Below are positions 38,393-52,829 of a DNA stretch of 64,000 nt, in pieces. The notes under the pieces are model-generated. The model was not told the origin of the DNA and searched no databases. It saw only the letters and a list, made by a program, of their open reading frames with translations. Position 1 is the first letter of the stretch. Every line of letters starts with the position of its first letter. A program made the translations under genes and the position numbers. Origin of the DNA: Octopus vulgaris (Eukaryota). The stretch spans positions 19,530,001 to 19,594,000 of the forward strand of contig OX597833.1 of the NCBI GenBank assembly GCA_951406725.2, read 5' to 3'.

Positions 38393-39050
38393 ATATAAAA
38401 TTCGTTCTGTCTGTCTGTCTGTGTGTGTGTCTTCTAGGATCTCGGGCATCCTCCATCCGATTGTGCTCAAATTTCTTATGTAGATACTGACAACATCAGG
38501 GCGTTTATAAGTCTTGAAAAAATTACAAAAATTGATTCCAGGTGAGAATGCGATCGATAAAGCCGTGGGAATGTACATTTGTACGCGCAAGTACATCAGT
38601 CGAAATCCGTCTTTTGCTGGTGTCTCAAATTTAGATCAAGTCAGTGATTTTCAAAGGGGAGGCCTATGGGACGGTTGGACAAGTTGTTTTTTGAGAAAAT
38701 TTGGTTTAAATGTTTGACAACTCAGCACTGTCCATTGGACGGAGGGGGTGCGTTTTGCTCGTCATCGGACACACTGACACTCAGACTTACACACAGACAC
38801 ACTCACACATCCACACACATACATACTCACACACGCAATCGCAGGCGCGCGCACATGCTCGCTTGTGCGCGTTCGCGCACGCATACACGCACGCTTGCAC
38901 CACGCTCATGGTTGACCGACCGGATCTCCTGTCCGTATCTGGGGCCGGCGCATTGTCTTTGGGTTCTCCCACGCCTGTCGCCGCGGGACCACTCTTCCAT
39001 CTTCCCCCCCCCCCCTTCGCTGCAGTTCTTTTTCCCTTAACCCCCCCCCT
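38393..39050 (+). mobile_element. Probable Helitron-like non-autonomous element, GC-rich
   Basis: Starts tataaaattcgtt(ctgt)n(gt)n like the other Helitron 5' ends here. No clear CTAG 3' end was seen. Confidence 0.35.
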
Positions 39051-39339
39051 TTTGTACACACACGCACACACATACACACCCACTCACACACACACATTTG
39101 CACATATATACACATTACACTTACACACACTTCAAATTTACTTGCCACACACACAACTACACCTGCTGGACATATACACACACTACCACTCAACACACAC
39201 ACTGGCACGTTACATACGCCCCCACCCTTTCCCGCCCCGCACGCACTAACATATACATATTTTCTGTTTTTTATCACGCCTCACACACACATACACACAC
39301 ACATACACACACACACTCACACATACATACACACGCACA

Positions 39340-39630
39340 CACACATACCTCCCTGTTTCTGATCTGCCTTTCCGACTTGCTAGGGTACCCCCACACCACT
39401 CCTTTAATTCTACTACTGCCCACTACTAGCCATTGTCCACCATACACACACATACACACACTCACACATACATACACACGCACACACACATACCTCCCTG
39501 CTTCTGATCTGCCTTTCTGACTTGCTAGGGTACCCCCACACCACTCCTTTAATTCTACTACTGCTTGCTACTAGCCATTGTCCACCATACACACACATAC
39601 ACACACACGCACACTCACACACACACACAC
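39340..39630. repeat. Tandem duplication of about 145 bp within (CA)n-rich sequence
   Basis: catacctccctg...gacttgctagggtacccccacaccactcctttaattctactactgc occurs twice. Confidence 0.85.
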
Positions 39631-39933
39631 CGTCATCTCGCAACACCTTTTTTACCATTCCCTCATTGATTCAGCTCTCCTGTTTTTAAAAAACATTTTC
39701 CTCCTTTTTTACTACTTCCGTCTTTTCAGTATGTGACCTCGTGAAGACGACCTGCAATTTTTTTTCCTCTGTCCTCCCGTCTCGGGATCTTTCTTTCTTT
39801 CTCTTATGTTTCCGACGAAGAGCTCCGCTCGAAACGTCATACCCTCCTTCTTCCATTTTCCTGAGCGCCTAATAATAATAATACTGTAATTGTTCCACGT
39901 GTTGTTGTTTTTTCTGTTTTCCCGTTTGGATTA

Positions 39934-39975
<42 letters not shown>

Positions 39976-42900
39976 ACATATATATATATACGTGTGTGTG
40001 TGTGTATGTTTATGTGAGTGTGTTTGTGTATACACACACAATCACACAACAGGCTTCTTTAGGTTCATCATCATCATCATCCAGTGTTTCAAATCTGGGT
40101 TTTGTTTCTGTTAACTGGGGTGACTGGATCTACCTCAATGCCATAACAACCGCCCTCACACCATCTCAACATCTTGCCCTGTTTTGGGCGTCTTCCCTTC
40201 TCAAGCCAACCCTCCCAATCTCCTCCTCAATCTGTCCCCTCCACGTTTTCTGCTTATCAAATTCACTCACAAGGCATAGGTGAGCTCATGGCTACAGCCT
40301 TTGTTTTCTTTTTTTATTTGAGCAAAAATACTGAGGCTTATCATTGAGAATATACAGTGTAAATTTACACACACACACACATTATATACATACATATCTA
40401 AACTCTGTACATTTGTAAATGAGCAGCTTCAAATAGGGAAAACTAAACAAAACAGCAGGTAGGAGTTAAACCCATATCTTACATAACTGTGGCCACATTT
40501 AAGAGAGTGGAAAGGCAGCAATTCTTCATACAGCAGTGAATAGCATGCATGCTTAATAAACAAGAGATTCAGGGTTCCATTCTCATCAGTGGATTTGTTT
40601 TTTTTTTCACTCACATGTAATTGCTAAGTAGCACCAGACCCGCTAATTGCATAGCGTAGTACATAATCGAAGGTATTCCAGGCATGACCATCCCATCTTT
40701 ATATACTATATCCTACATCTTCTCATGCATGGTGCTACAGTTTGTATAACCAATCAAGTAGAACACTTGTTAGAAGGTATTCCAGCTGTGACCACCTCTA
40801 CTTATTTTTTCAGACCCTGTGCATCTAGAATCATATTATCCAAGTTTCCCCCCTTGTTTAAGACAATAAGGGCATAATTTAAGGGAGTTTCAAAACTGTT
40901 TCTAGCAGATCAAGAAACTACACAGACACTCCTTCATTGACACACTAATGAAGGCATATGGCTTAGTGGTTAGGGTATTCGGATAATGATCTTAGGGTCA
41001 TGAGTTCAATACCTCCTGATGTGCGGTGTTGTTGAGCAAGACACTTTATTTCATGTTGCTCCAGTCCATTCAGATGGCAAAAATGATTTATGCCTGTAAT
41101 TCAAAGGACTGGCATTGTCACATTCTTATTTCTTTTTTTATTTCTTTATTGCCCACAAGGGGCTAAACATAGAGGGGACAAACAAGGACTGACAAAGGGA
41201 TTAAGTCAATTACATCGACCCCATTGTGTACCTGGTACTTAATTTATTGACCCTGAAAGGATGAAAGGCAAAGCCGACCTTGGCAGAATTTGAACTCAGA
41301 ATGTAACGGCAGACGAAATACTGCAAAGCATTTCGCCCGGCATGCTAACGTTTCTTATTTCTTTATCGCCCACAAGGGGCTAAACATAAAGGGGACAAAT
41401 AAGGACAGACAAAAGGAGTAAGTCGATTACATCGACCCCAGTACATAACTGGTACCTAATTTATCGACCCCGGAAGGCTGAAAGGCAAAGTCGACCTCAG
41501 TGGAATTTGAACTCAAAACGTAACGGCAGATGAAATACTGCTAAGCATTTCGCCCAGCGTGCTAACGTTTCTGCCAGCTTGCAGCAATGTGACAATGGCC
41601 TTGTCACATTCTGCATCATGCTGAATTTTTCTGAGAACTACGTTAAGGGTATGCGTGTCTGTGGAGTGCTCAGCCAATTTCATGTTAATTTCATAAGTGG
41701 GCTGTTCCGTTGTCAGGATCAACTGGAACCCGCATTTTTGTAACCGACAGTGTGCCAGTATGACATGCTAATGAGGATCTACCAGAAACGATGTTTGTTA
41801 TCAGCAGCTGAAACCGTTTATTAGAAAATAAATGTGGAAGTGAATCTCAATGAGAGGCCTAGAACCAACATGTAGCATGGTCTAGGCCCTGCATGTAATA
41901 CCTTGAATCTGACAGACCTAGATATGGCCAAATTTCAAGGTGGAGGCTACATACAGAGAATGATGCCTGTTGGCTACATACAGAGAAACTTTCCCATTTC
42001 TTCCAGTAGTTTTGGCAATTCTGCTAGAATTATGGGCAGTGTAATTTCTTCTTTGATTAACCTTTATTCACCATATTTCTGTTGAAATACATTTCCTTAC
42101 TTTTAATTAATTTTGAAAACAGTGAAAAATTTAGTTAGACAAATGAGATTATTAAACTGGTGTTTAGAACATAAACTTTGTATTATAATTGTGATAGTTA
42201 AGATACCTGTGCCGGTATCCGTGCACCATCCGAACATGGCAGTTGCCAGCGCCACCTGACTGGCGTCTGTGTTGGTGACACATAAAAGCACCAACCGATC
42301 GTGGCCGTTTGCCAGCCTCATCTGGCCCCTGTGCCGGTGGCATGTAAAAAGCACCCACTACACTCACAGAGTGGTTGGCGTTAGGAAGGCCATCCAGCTG
42401 TAGAAACACTGCCAGATCAGACTGGAGCTTGGTGCAGCCTCCTGGCTTCCCAGACCCCAGTCAAGCTGTCTAACCCCTACCAGCATGGAAAATGGACATT
42501 AAATTATGATGATGATGGTGTGCAGTCTCAGGTTGTTGTTGTTGTTTGTTCCTTCTCGAGCCACGCCTGGCTCATAGGGCCAGTTTCCCGGTTTCCTTGG
42601 TGTATAAGTTCCCCACCTGGACGGGACGCTGGTCCATCGTAGGTGAGCTGCAAGAAGCAGGAGGAAAGAGTGAGAGAAAGTTGTGGCGAAAGAGTCAGCA
42701 GAAGTTCGCCATTACTTTCTGCCAGAGCTGCGTAGAGCTTAGGTGTTTCACTCATAAACACACACATCACCCGGTCTGAGATTCGAACCCGCAATCCCTC
42801 ACCTGCAATTTTCAGGTGGTTGGTATCAAAAGAGTTAACCCTTAACCCTTTAGTGTTCAGATTACTCTGTTAAATGTAATACTTTTCCACTCAAATGTTT

Positions 42901-43251
42901 TGAATTAATCATGCATTATCTTATATCTTTGAGGTTTCAATGATGTGATTGTTTATATTTAGAATGACATTGTCGGGTAGGTGTGAGAGGCCAGATATCG
43001 CCAGTTTGAATATAAAACATGTAGAATATCTGGGCAGATATGGCCGGTTTAAACACAAAAGGGTTAACTAACAAAAAAATACCAAGAGATTTTAGCTTTA
43101 CTAAGAGTGTATAGATATGTTAGAAATCACTAGAGTGAAGAGAAACACGACAGAATGACTCAGAGAGTGCAACCATCATAGTTATCGGTAAGGTATAAGG
43201 AGATACAAGGATATAAGAAAGCTATGCTTTTACAACTTCCGTTCAACTTAC

Positions 43252-43404
43252 TTGACGCACTCTTTCCATGTCTATCTGTGCACGACGTAGTTTTTCCCAA
43301 CAATAATGTTTGTTGCATTTGCGTTTTGGCATTCGGCAGAAATCTCCATTTTCTACAAAGACGTTGGAGAGGAGAGGGCAACCGCAGACTTCATCATTGC
43401 TGAC
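43252..43404 (-). CDS. CXXC1: CXXC1 exon (VSNDEVCGCPLLSNVFVENGDFCRMPKRKCNKHYCWEKLRRAQIDMERVRQ)
   Basis: Acceptor ttctttacag, donor gtaagt. 153 nt, phase 0 to 0. EVCGCPL...HYCWEKLRRA motif. Confidence 0.94.
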
Positions 43405-43772
43405 CTGTAAAGAAAGAAACAGAAACGGGTTACGAGATGGCTTCGGTCGAAAGACAAAATATACTCGTCTTCATCATCGTGATTATTCTAATGTCAGCTT
43501 CCCCATTTCTCCATGCTTGCATGGGTGGAACAGAATTTTATTGAGGCAGATTTTCTTTGGCCAGATGCCCTTCCTGATGCAAACCCTTACCTGCTTACAA
43601 GAAAGGTAATATTTCCCCCCTTGCCAGGCATGTTTAAGCAGAATACTGGAAATAAATGACATTCATTTATATCAATCTCATAATGTCAAGATAAGGAGAC
43701 ACAAACGCACACGCTCACACACATTATATATACATACATACATACATATATATGTATGTGTGTGTATATATA

Positions 43773-43836
<64 letters not shown>

Positions 43837-44802
43837 GATACATATATATATATCATCATCATCATCATTTAATGTCCATTTTCCATGCTGGCATGGGCTG
43901 GACTGTTTGACTGAAAACTGGTAAGCTGCACCAGATTCCAATCTGATTTGGCATGATTTCTGCACCTGGATGCGCCTTCCTAACACCAACCATTCCAAAG
44001 GTGTACTGGGTGCGTTTTATGTGTCACCAGCACAGGTGCCAAAGCACGGTATGTATGTATGTATGCATGCATGTTTAGATACATACATACCCACACACAC
44101 ACACAGAGAGTTATACTTACATACATACGTACATACATACACACACACATACATATATATACATACACACGCATATGATGGGTTTCTTTCAATTCCCATT
44201 CATTCTCAAGGTTTGACCTGAGACTATAATAAAAGAGATTTGCCCAAGGTGCCATGTAATGGGACTGAACCCAAAATCATGCGGTTGGGAAGCTCACTTC
44301 TTAATCCCACAGACATATCTGCACCCATACTCTTTTACTTGTTTCAGTCATTTGACTGCAGCCATGCTGGAGCACCGCCTTTAATCGAACAACTCGACCC
44401 CAGGACTTATTCTTTAGTAAGCCCAGTACTTATTCTATCGGTCTCTTTTGCCGAACCGCTAACTAAGGGGACATAAACACACCAGCATCGGTTGTCAAGC
44501 AATGCTAGGGGGACAAACACAGACACACAAACACACACACACGCATACATATATATACATATATATGACGGGCTTCTTTCAGTTTCCGTCTACCAAATCC
44601 ACTCACAAGGCTTTGGTCGGCCCGAGGCTATAGTAGAAGACACTTGCCCAAGGTGCCACGCAGTGGGACTGAACCTGGAACCATGTGGTTGGTAAACAAG
44701 CTACTTACCACACAGCCACTCCTGCACCTACCCATATATATAACATTTTAAATTAGTAAAAAGAAAACGATTTTTGTCTAATCAAAGACAATTCTTCCTT
44801 AC

Positions 44803-44946
44803 TTTTGGCTCCCTCGTATGTTCAGGACAGAGTACTTTCAACCTTTTACAGTAGGTTTTCTGTTGATGGTTGTAGGCATCACAAAACATAGAGCAACCAT
44901 CAACAGGTGTCTTGTAGTAGGAACCAAATACAGTTTGGGCTTCAAA
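44803..44946 (-). CDS. CXXC1: CXXC1 exon (FEAQTVFGSYYKTPVDGCSMFCDAYNHQQKTYCKRLKVLCPEHTREPK)
   Basis: Acceptor ttttgttctag, donor gtaagg. 144 nt, phase 0 to 0. FCDxYN...TYCKRLxVLCPEH motif. Confidence 0.94.
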
Positions 44947-45601
44947 CTAGAACAAAAGATAAAAACAAAAAAGAGGCATTAACTGTTTGTAAGTCCCACA
45001 TTAGAAATACGGTAGGTTTGAAAGTAGAGAAAGTGATTTACACCTTACTTCACAGTTAATAGTTAATTTGTACTTTTTAGTTTTCTTTAGCGGAAAATGG
45101 ACATCTATAATAAATGTTCTACGAAATAATTTGTGTCAAGCATTCTACATTTTCTGCAAGTGGCATGTTGAATTTCATTCTTATCATTTGTTTAAATCAA
45201 ATAGAGAAAAAGTCATATTACTTGACTACCAGTTTAGTTCTTTAGCACTCAAATTACTCTATCAAATTTAATGCTTATTTATTCATTGTTTTGAATTAAG
45301 CATGCATTATCTCGTAGCTTCAATATTTCAATGATGTAATCGTTTATATTTAGAATGACATTGTAGGGCAGGTATGAGCAGCTGAATTCAGCCAGTTTTA
45401 ACATAAAACATGTAGAATATTTGGGCCAGATATAGCTGGTATAAATGCCAAAGAGTTAAACAATATTCTTCATCTTCTGAGCTAACAAAAAAAGGGTATA
45501 ACAAGGTTCAATAATGTATTTAAGGACTAAAAAAACAATTGTGATCTTTCAGTAAAAATTACAAGAAACATGTGAAAGCATTGAGAAAAAATATGTCTTA
45601 C

Positions 45602-45700
45602 CTTGGCAAAGCACTTTTCCATGTGTCGCAGGGCACCCTTCTGCTGGATTTCACTGCCACATGTTACACAGTACATACTCAATTCACCTTCATCGTCATC
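45602..45700 (-). CDS. CXXC1: CXXC1 exon (DDDEGELSMYCVTCGSEIQQKGALRHMEKCFAK)
   Basis: Acceptor ttctctgtag, donor gtaaga. 99 nt, phase 0 to 0. CVxCG...ALRHMExC motif. Confidence 0.93.
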
Positions 45701-47602
45701 CTACAGAGAAATTATTGACAAGATAAAAATAAAATTCTAACATTAATTAAAAAGTGGCACGTGAACAAAACATTTGAGCGAGGTCGTTACCACTGCCGCT
45801 GGACTAACTCCCGTGCAGGTGGCACGTAAAAAATACCATTTGAGCATGATCGTTACCAGCGTCGCCTTACTGGCACTTGTGCTGGTTGCATGTGAACAAA
45901 ACAGTCGAGCGAGGTTGTTGCTAGTGCCGCTGGACTGACTCCTGTGCAGGTGGCACGTAAAAAAAACCATTTGAGTGTGGCCATTGCCACTCCGCCAGAC
46001 TGGCCCTCGTGCCGGCGGCACGTAAAAGCACTCACTACACTCTTGGAGTGGTTGGCTTTGGGAAGGGCATCCAGCTGTAGAAACTCTGCCAGATCAGATT
46101 GGAACCTGGTGCAGCCATCTGGTTCGCCAGTCCTCAGTCAAATCGTCCAACCCATGCTAGCATGGAAAGCAGACGTTAAATGATGATGATGATGAGGAGG
46201 ATGATACTACAGGCTATTACACTAAAGTATATTACAGAGTAAAACAAGAGAGAAGCATTTTGATTTGTCCACTCCAAATTGGTGGTGGTGTTGTTTAGTC
46301 CAAGGTCAGCCAATTGTTATTTACTTGTTACTTGTTTCAGTCATTGGATTGTTGCCATGCTGGAGCACTGCACTGAAGAGTTTAGTTAAACAAATCAACC
46401 CCCACTACTTACTATTTTTTTTCCTTTTGGTGAAGTGTGTGAAATCTAGTACTTATTCTATCTGTCCTTTTTGCCAAACTGTAAAGTTACAAGGACGTAA
46501 GCAAACCAACACCAGTTATCAAGTGGTAAAGGAGGACAACACAAATATGAAGACACACATCATCATCATCATCATTTAACATCCATTTTCCATGCTGGCA
46601 TGGGTTGAATGGCTTGACAGGAGCTGGCAAGGCCAGGAGCTACACTAAGTTCCTTAGTCTGTTTTTGACTTGGTTTCCTAATGCCAACCACTTTACAGGT
46701 TGTACACACACACACATATATGTACAATGGGCTTCCACACAGTTTCTGCTAATCAAATTCATTCAGAAGGTATCGGTTAACAGGAGATAATAGCTGAAGA
46801 CACCTGCTTAAATGTCACACACTGGAACTGAACTCAAAACCACACAGTTGCAAAACAAGCTTCTTAACCACATGACCCATACACAAAAATATTTAATCTT
46901 GGTATCCAGGAATTTGGGGGTTTAGGAAAAAAAAATCAAACTAAGCAGGTGGATATGTCCCAGCAATTAAACACAGAGAAAGAACCATCACCTGGTGGTG
47001 AATAATACTAACTTCTATCAAGGAGGGGAGATAACCTAAAAAAGCAGAGGACTTCACTAAAGGGTCTTGAAGTGTTTAGTCGGACAAATTGACCTCAGTA
47101 CTTGCTTTTAAGTTTGGTACTTATTCTGTCTGTATCTTTTGCTAAAATGCTAAGTTACAGGGGCATAAACAAACCAACACCAGTTGTCAAGTGGTAAACG
47201 GTGGGGACAAACAGACACACACACACATGTGACAGGCTCCTACAATTTCCATTCACCAAGTTCACTTACAAGGCATTGGCGTGCCAGGACCATAGTAGAA
47301 GACACTTGTCTAAGGTGCTGTGCAGTGGGACTGAACCCAAAACTATATGGTTGCAAAGCAAACTTCTTAATCACACATTCATAATAGATAATTATAATAT
47401 ATATATTAAAAAAATTACAATATAAGGATAACAGCTGAATTGCCAGCTCTGTCCGGCACCTGTGCGGGTGGCACGTAAAAAGCACCCACTACACTCACGG
47501 AGTGGTTGGCGTTAGGAAGGGCATCCAAATATTTTATAATTATAAACATAATTATAATTAGGTGTCAGCTAATTATAATTATGTTTATAATTATAGAATA
47601 AT

Positions 47603-47639
<37 letters not shown>

Positions 47640-47645
<6 letters not shown>

Positions 47646-49130
47646 TCATCATCATCACCATCATCATTATGTGTCCATTGCTTTTACATGGGTTGGCCGG
47701 TTTGACTAGGGCTGGCAAGCTAGAAGGCTGCACCAGACTCCAGTCTGATTTGGCATGGTTTCTACAGCTGGATGCCCTTCTTAACACCAACAACTCCGAG
47801 AGTGTAATGGGTGCTTTTACATGCCACCAGCATGGATGCCACATGCGTGACACCAGTATCTGCCAGGACTTCGATTTTACTTGACTTGATGGGTCTTCTT
47901 CTCAAGCACAACATAATGCCAAAGGTCTCAGTCGTTGCCTCCATGAGGTCCAACACTAGAAAGGAGCTTCTCATGTGTCACCGGTATCATCCACTTTGCC
48001 TCCATGAGGCCTAATGCTCAAATGGTGCTTTTTAGATGCCACTTATATGACGACAGCATCAGCCATGACTACAATTTCACTTGGCTTGATGGGTCTTTTT
48101 AAGCACAGTATATCACCAAAGATCTTGGTCACTAGTCATTGCCTCTGCGAGGCCCAAAGTTCGAAGATCATGCCTCATCACCTCGTCCCATGTTTGCCAG
48201 GGTCTATTTCACCTCTACCACAGGTTCCCTCCAAAGTTAGAGATCAGCACTTCTTTACACAGTTGTCCTTGTCCATACACATTACATGACCACACCAGCG
48301 CAGTCATCTCTCTTAACTACCACATTTGGTGCTTCTTATGCCTAACTTTTCTCTCAAGATGCTTACACTCTGTTGAACAAGCACACTGACATTGCACATC
48401 CAGCAAAGCATACTGGCTTCATTTCTTTCAAGCCTATGCATGTCCTCAGCTGTCACAGCCCATATTTCACTGCCATGTGGCATAGCTGTTTGCACACAGG
48501 CATCATACAATCTACCTTTTACTGTGGGAGAGACCTTTGTTTCCAGCAGAGGTAGAAGCTCTCTGAATTTTTTGTCTGTTGTTGTTTGTTCCTTCTCAAG
48601 CCACACCTGGCTCATAAGGGCCGGTTTCCCGGTTTCCTTGGCGTATAAGTTCCCCACCTGGACAGGACGCCAGTTCGTCACAGGTGAGCTGCAAGATGCA
48701 GGAGGAAAGAGTGAGAGAAAGTTGTGGCAAAAGAGTCAGCTAAAGTTCGCCATTACCTTCTGCCGGAGTCGCGTGGAACTTAGGTGTTTCGCTCATAAAT
48801 ACACACATCACCCAGTCTGAGATTCAAACCCACAAGTCCACTGCTCTAACCACTAGGCCATGTGCCTCCACTCTCTGAACTCTGCCCAGCCTAATCTTAT
48901 TCTCACAGCTACGCTCTCAGAGTATCCACCTCCACTACTAACTTGATCACCTAGATAACGAAAGCTATCTACTACCTCTAGCTTATCCCACTGGCAGCTG
49001 ATAAAGTCTATTTTCTGTACATTTTCTGTGTTTATTGTACCTGTGCATCTTCCACACACAAAAGTTATTTTCCCTGTTAACTTTTCTCTGATATTGCTGC
49101 ACTTCTTATGCATCCATAGCTTACACCAGG
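47640..49130 (-). mobile_element. 5'-truncated RTE LINE with nested SINE D (48568-48870)
   Basis: HKKCSNIREKLTGKITFVCGRC...VVDSFRYLGD...WAEFRE|LLPLL. SINE flanked by 9-bp TSD ctctctgaa at 48559-48567 / 48871-48879. Confidence 0.88.
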
Positions 49131-49145
49131 TAAATCATTACTTAC

Positions 49146-49356
49146 TTCTTGGTCATAATTTATAATTGTTGTACGTTTCGCTCTGTCTATAAGTTCTTCA
49201 AGTTCTCTCAATTTCAGATCCAGGTCATTCAAATATTGCCGGCACACAAGCTGTTGACGTCGAATGCGTTCTAATGATTTCTTATTATATTCTTCTGCCA
49301 CACAGGGGTTGCTCTGCCATTGTTGAATTTTACGTGGTAACAGTTCACATAACCGG
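49146..49356 (-). CDS. CXXC1: CXXC1 exon, SET1-interacting/coiled-coil region (S-RLCELLPRKIQQWQSNPCVAEEYNKKSLERIRRQQ...DQE)
   Basis: Acceptor ttcttctttcag, donor gtaagt. 211 nt, phase 2 to 0. LPxxIQQWQxxPCxAEE motif. Confidence 0.93.
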
Positions 49357-49488
49357 CTGAAAGAAGAAAATCAACAGAAGGTGAAAAATTTTAAATAGAA
49401 GGAACATAGTACAGTACCAGACCAATTATCTAGCAAACTTGGGATCAGAAGAATCTCAGATTTCTGAATTTTCTGGAGACAATCGAAA

Positions 49489-49828
49489 TCTCTATATATA
49501 TAAACAGCAAAATGTCTGCATGTGTGTCCATTATACAAATCCACAATTTTTCAGTTAAAGGGTTCGCACTTTCTATGGTCATTCAAAACCGTCCAAGGGT
49601 GGTCGTGCACATCGTTACATTTCCCCAGTCACCCTGCAAAGCCATTAAAAAATCAATAGAAGTGACTTTTTTGAGAATTTTCTATCCAAAACCCAATCAA
49701 AATGCCTGAAACTTGATATGCCAATTGAATGCCAGCTAGCTGTATGTGATTGGTCGGAAATTTGGACAGTACTCACGTGTATGTGCGCATGCACGCAGCT
49801 GTATATGCATGCACTAGCATAGTGCTAG
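49489..49828 (+). mobile_element. Non-autonomous Helitron
   Basis: A|TCtctatatatataaa start; 3' hairpin gcacta-gca-tagtgc overlapping the CTAG|T end. Confidence 0.6.
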
Positions 49829-52662
49829 TATATTTTTAAAATATAAAATAAACCATGTAAAGTAAAGAGCTAAACTGTATTGAACAGATTCAAACTAACA
49901 CACTTCTAAAACAGGATCTATTTGACATTTATTAATCAACTTCAAATTTTTAGCTATATCATACTGTACTATGGATACAATATAATGTTTATAAGATGAA
50001 AATCAAATGAAAAATGTTGAGAACATGATTTTATTTAATAGATCATCATCATCATTTATCATCTGCTTTCCATGCTGGCATGGGTTAGACAATTTGATTG
50101 AAGCTATTAAGCTGGAGCGCTGCACCAGTTTCCAATCTAATTTGGTATGATTTCTATGGCTGGATGCCCTTCCTAATGCCAATCAATCCAAGAGGGTGTT
50201 TTTTACATGCCACCAGCACAGGTGCCAGTTACGTAACACCACCATCAGCCACAACTACGATTTCACTTGACTTGGGTACAAATTAATACACTTCTAAAAG
50301 AGATAATGTTTAACCCTTTAGTGTTCGCATTATTCTACCCAAATTAATGCTTTTTCATCCACATTATTTTGAACTAGTCATGCATTATCTTGTAACTATG
50401 AGAATTTGATGGGGTAGCTGTTAATTTTTAAAATGATATTGTAGGGTTGGTGTGAGAGACCAGATAGGGCTAGTTTGAACATAAAACGGGTAGAATATTT
50501 TTGGCCAGATATGGCCGGTTTAAATGCTAAAATGTTAATTTCAATTACTCCACTTAAAAAGGTAAATAACAATACGATCTTTAACACACCATATGCTAAT
50601 TAATCTACTTCAAAAACAGGGTCTGTTTACTCAATACAAGATACAGTATATTGTATGATATAGCACAGTATTCCCAAATTTCTGGAAGCCAGTTAAGCAG
50701 TTCAGTACTGGATACAAACTAAGATATTAAAGATTAGGTTTCTTTTAAAATATCTGATGTAGCTTTTAGAAAACTTTCTTAGTGCACATCACACGAGAAG
50801 GGAGGTCACTGTCTTTTTACGTATTGCTTAGAGATATAATATTTCAGTCCTCATTGTCAATTCACATTCACTTTCCATGTTGGCATGGGTTGGACAATGT
50901 GACAAGATCCAATGGGTTACAAATCTACATCTTGTTCTGACGTCTCAGTTTCGTAATGGTTTCTACAGCTGAATCGAGCGTGATCGTTACCAACATCGCC
51001 TTACTGGCACCTGTGCTGGTGGCATGTGTAAAAGGATTTGAGCGAGGTTGTTGCCAGTACCGCCTGACTGGCCCCCTTGTAGAAACTCCAGCTGTAGAAA
51101 TTCTACCAAATCAAGACTGGAGCCTGGTGCAGCCATCTGGTTCGCCAGCCCTCAGTCAAAATCGTCCAACCCATGCTAGCATGGAAAGCGGACATTAAAC
51201 AATGATGATGATGGTGATGAATGTGCCTTCCTAATGCCAACCACTTTACTGAGCATAGTGGCCACTTCTTTTCAAGCACCAACAATAGTGAGGTTACCTT
51301 GTAACTCATTATTTCAATACACGTGGAAAGGGTAGACCCAGAAAGGCATAGGATGAAGTAATGAGAAAGAACCTACAGACAATGGGAATCACAGAGGGGA
51401 TGATAGAGGACTGAGACACCTGGCAGTTGGCTGTGCTTGAGAAAACACGCCAAGCTAAGTAAAAAACATGGCTTACTGCCTTAACAACACTAGCAAAGGG
51501 TAGAGTGGCAGCAACAGCAATAATAATAATTCTTTCTACTGTAGGCACAAAGCTGGAAATTTTAGCAGGAGGAAGTTAGTTGATTATATTAACCCCAGTT
51601 CTCAACTGGTACTTCTTCAATCAACCAAAAAGATGAAAGGTTAAGTTGACCATGGCAGGACCTGAATTCAGAACATAAAGAGCCAGAGAAAAGCTGCTAA
51701 GCATTTTGTCCACCACCCTGATAGTTTTGCCGCTCAGTGGCTTATAATCATCATCATCATCATCATCATTTAGCGTCCGTTTTCCATGCTAGCATGGGTT
51801 GGACGGTTCAACTGGGGTCTGGGGAGCCCGAAGGCTGCACCAGGCCAGTCAGATCTGGCAGTGTTTCTACAGCTGGATGCCCTTCCTAACGCCAACCACT
51901 CCGAGAGTGTAGTGGGTGATTTTATGTGCCACCGACACAGGTGCCAGACGAGGCTGGCGAACGGCCACGCTCGGATGGTGTTTTTATGTGCCACCGACAC
52001 AGGTGCCAGACGAGGCTGGCAGACGGCCACGCTCGGATGGTGTTTTTATGTGCCACCGACACAGGTGCCAGATGAGGCTGGCGGACGGCCACGATCGGAT
52101 GGTGTTTGTTACGTCCCCAAAGCACGGAGGCCAGTCTATGCGGTACTGGCTACGGCCACGTTCGGATGATTTTCTTGTGTTCCACCGGCACTGGTACCAC
52201 AAAGATACAAATTCCATTGATGTTCATCTATTTTGATTTGTTTTGATTTGATTTGATTTGATTTTCACTTGCCTCAACAGGTCTTCACAAGTGTCACAAG
52301 AAGGAAGGTATGCACAGGTGGACTGACTACGTCCCAGGTAGGGGCCACGGGTTATGGCCTGACTAGTCTTGCCGGGTCTTCGGATGGTGTTTTTATGTGC
52401 CACCGACACAGGTGCCAGATGAGGCTGGCGAACGGCCACGATCGGATGGTGTTTGTTGCGTGCCCACAGCACGGAGGCCAGTCGATGCGGTACTGGCTAC
52501 GGCCACGTTCGGATGGTTTTCTTGTGTGCCACCGGCACTGGTACCACAAGATACAAATTCCATTGATGTTCATCTATTTTGATTTGATTTGATTTGGTGG
52601 TAATAAAAGTGTGTAGTACATGTCTAATGTTTATTGATCACTCAAACTGCAAAAAAACCCAC

Positions 52663-52829
52663 CTTCTAGCCATCTTCATACCACAATCTTCAGAACAGTA
52701 TTTAGAGTTTTGAAGGGCGTGCTGAATACAGTTAGCACCAAAACATTGACGAGGCACTTCTACTTCAGATTTCTCCACACACTGCTTATCCTCAACATCT
52801 CCATGTTTGTCTATCTTGTTTCTCGATTT
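52663..52829 (-). CDS. CXXC1: CXXC1 exon (KSRNKIDK...PRQCFGANCIQHALQNSKYCSEDCGMKMAR)
   Basis: Acceptor tttcatttcag, donor gtgggt. 167 nt, phase 0 to 2. QCxGxxC...SKYCSxxCGMK motif of CFP1. Confidence 0.92.

Noticed and set aside
51900-52560. CRISPR-like appearance of regularly spaced repeats (also 62860-63210, 16346-16530)
   Set aside because: No unique spacers and no cas genes; eukaryotic context. These are tandem minisatellites, mostly in an RTE 3' UTR.
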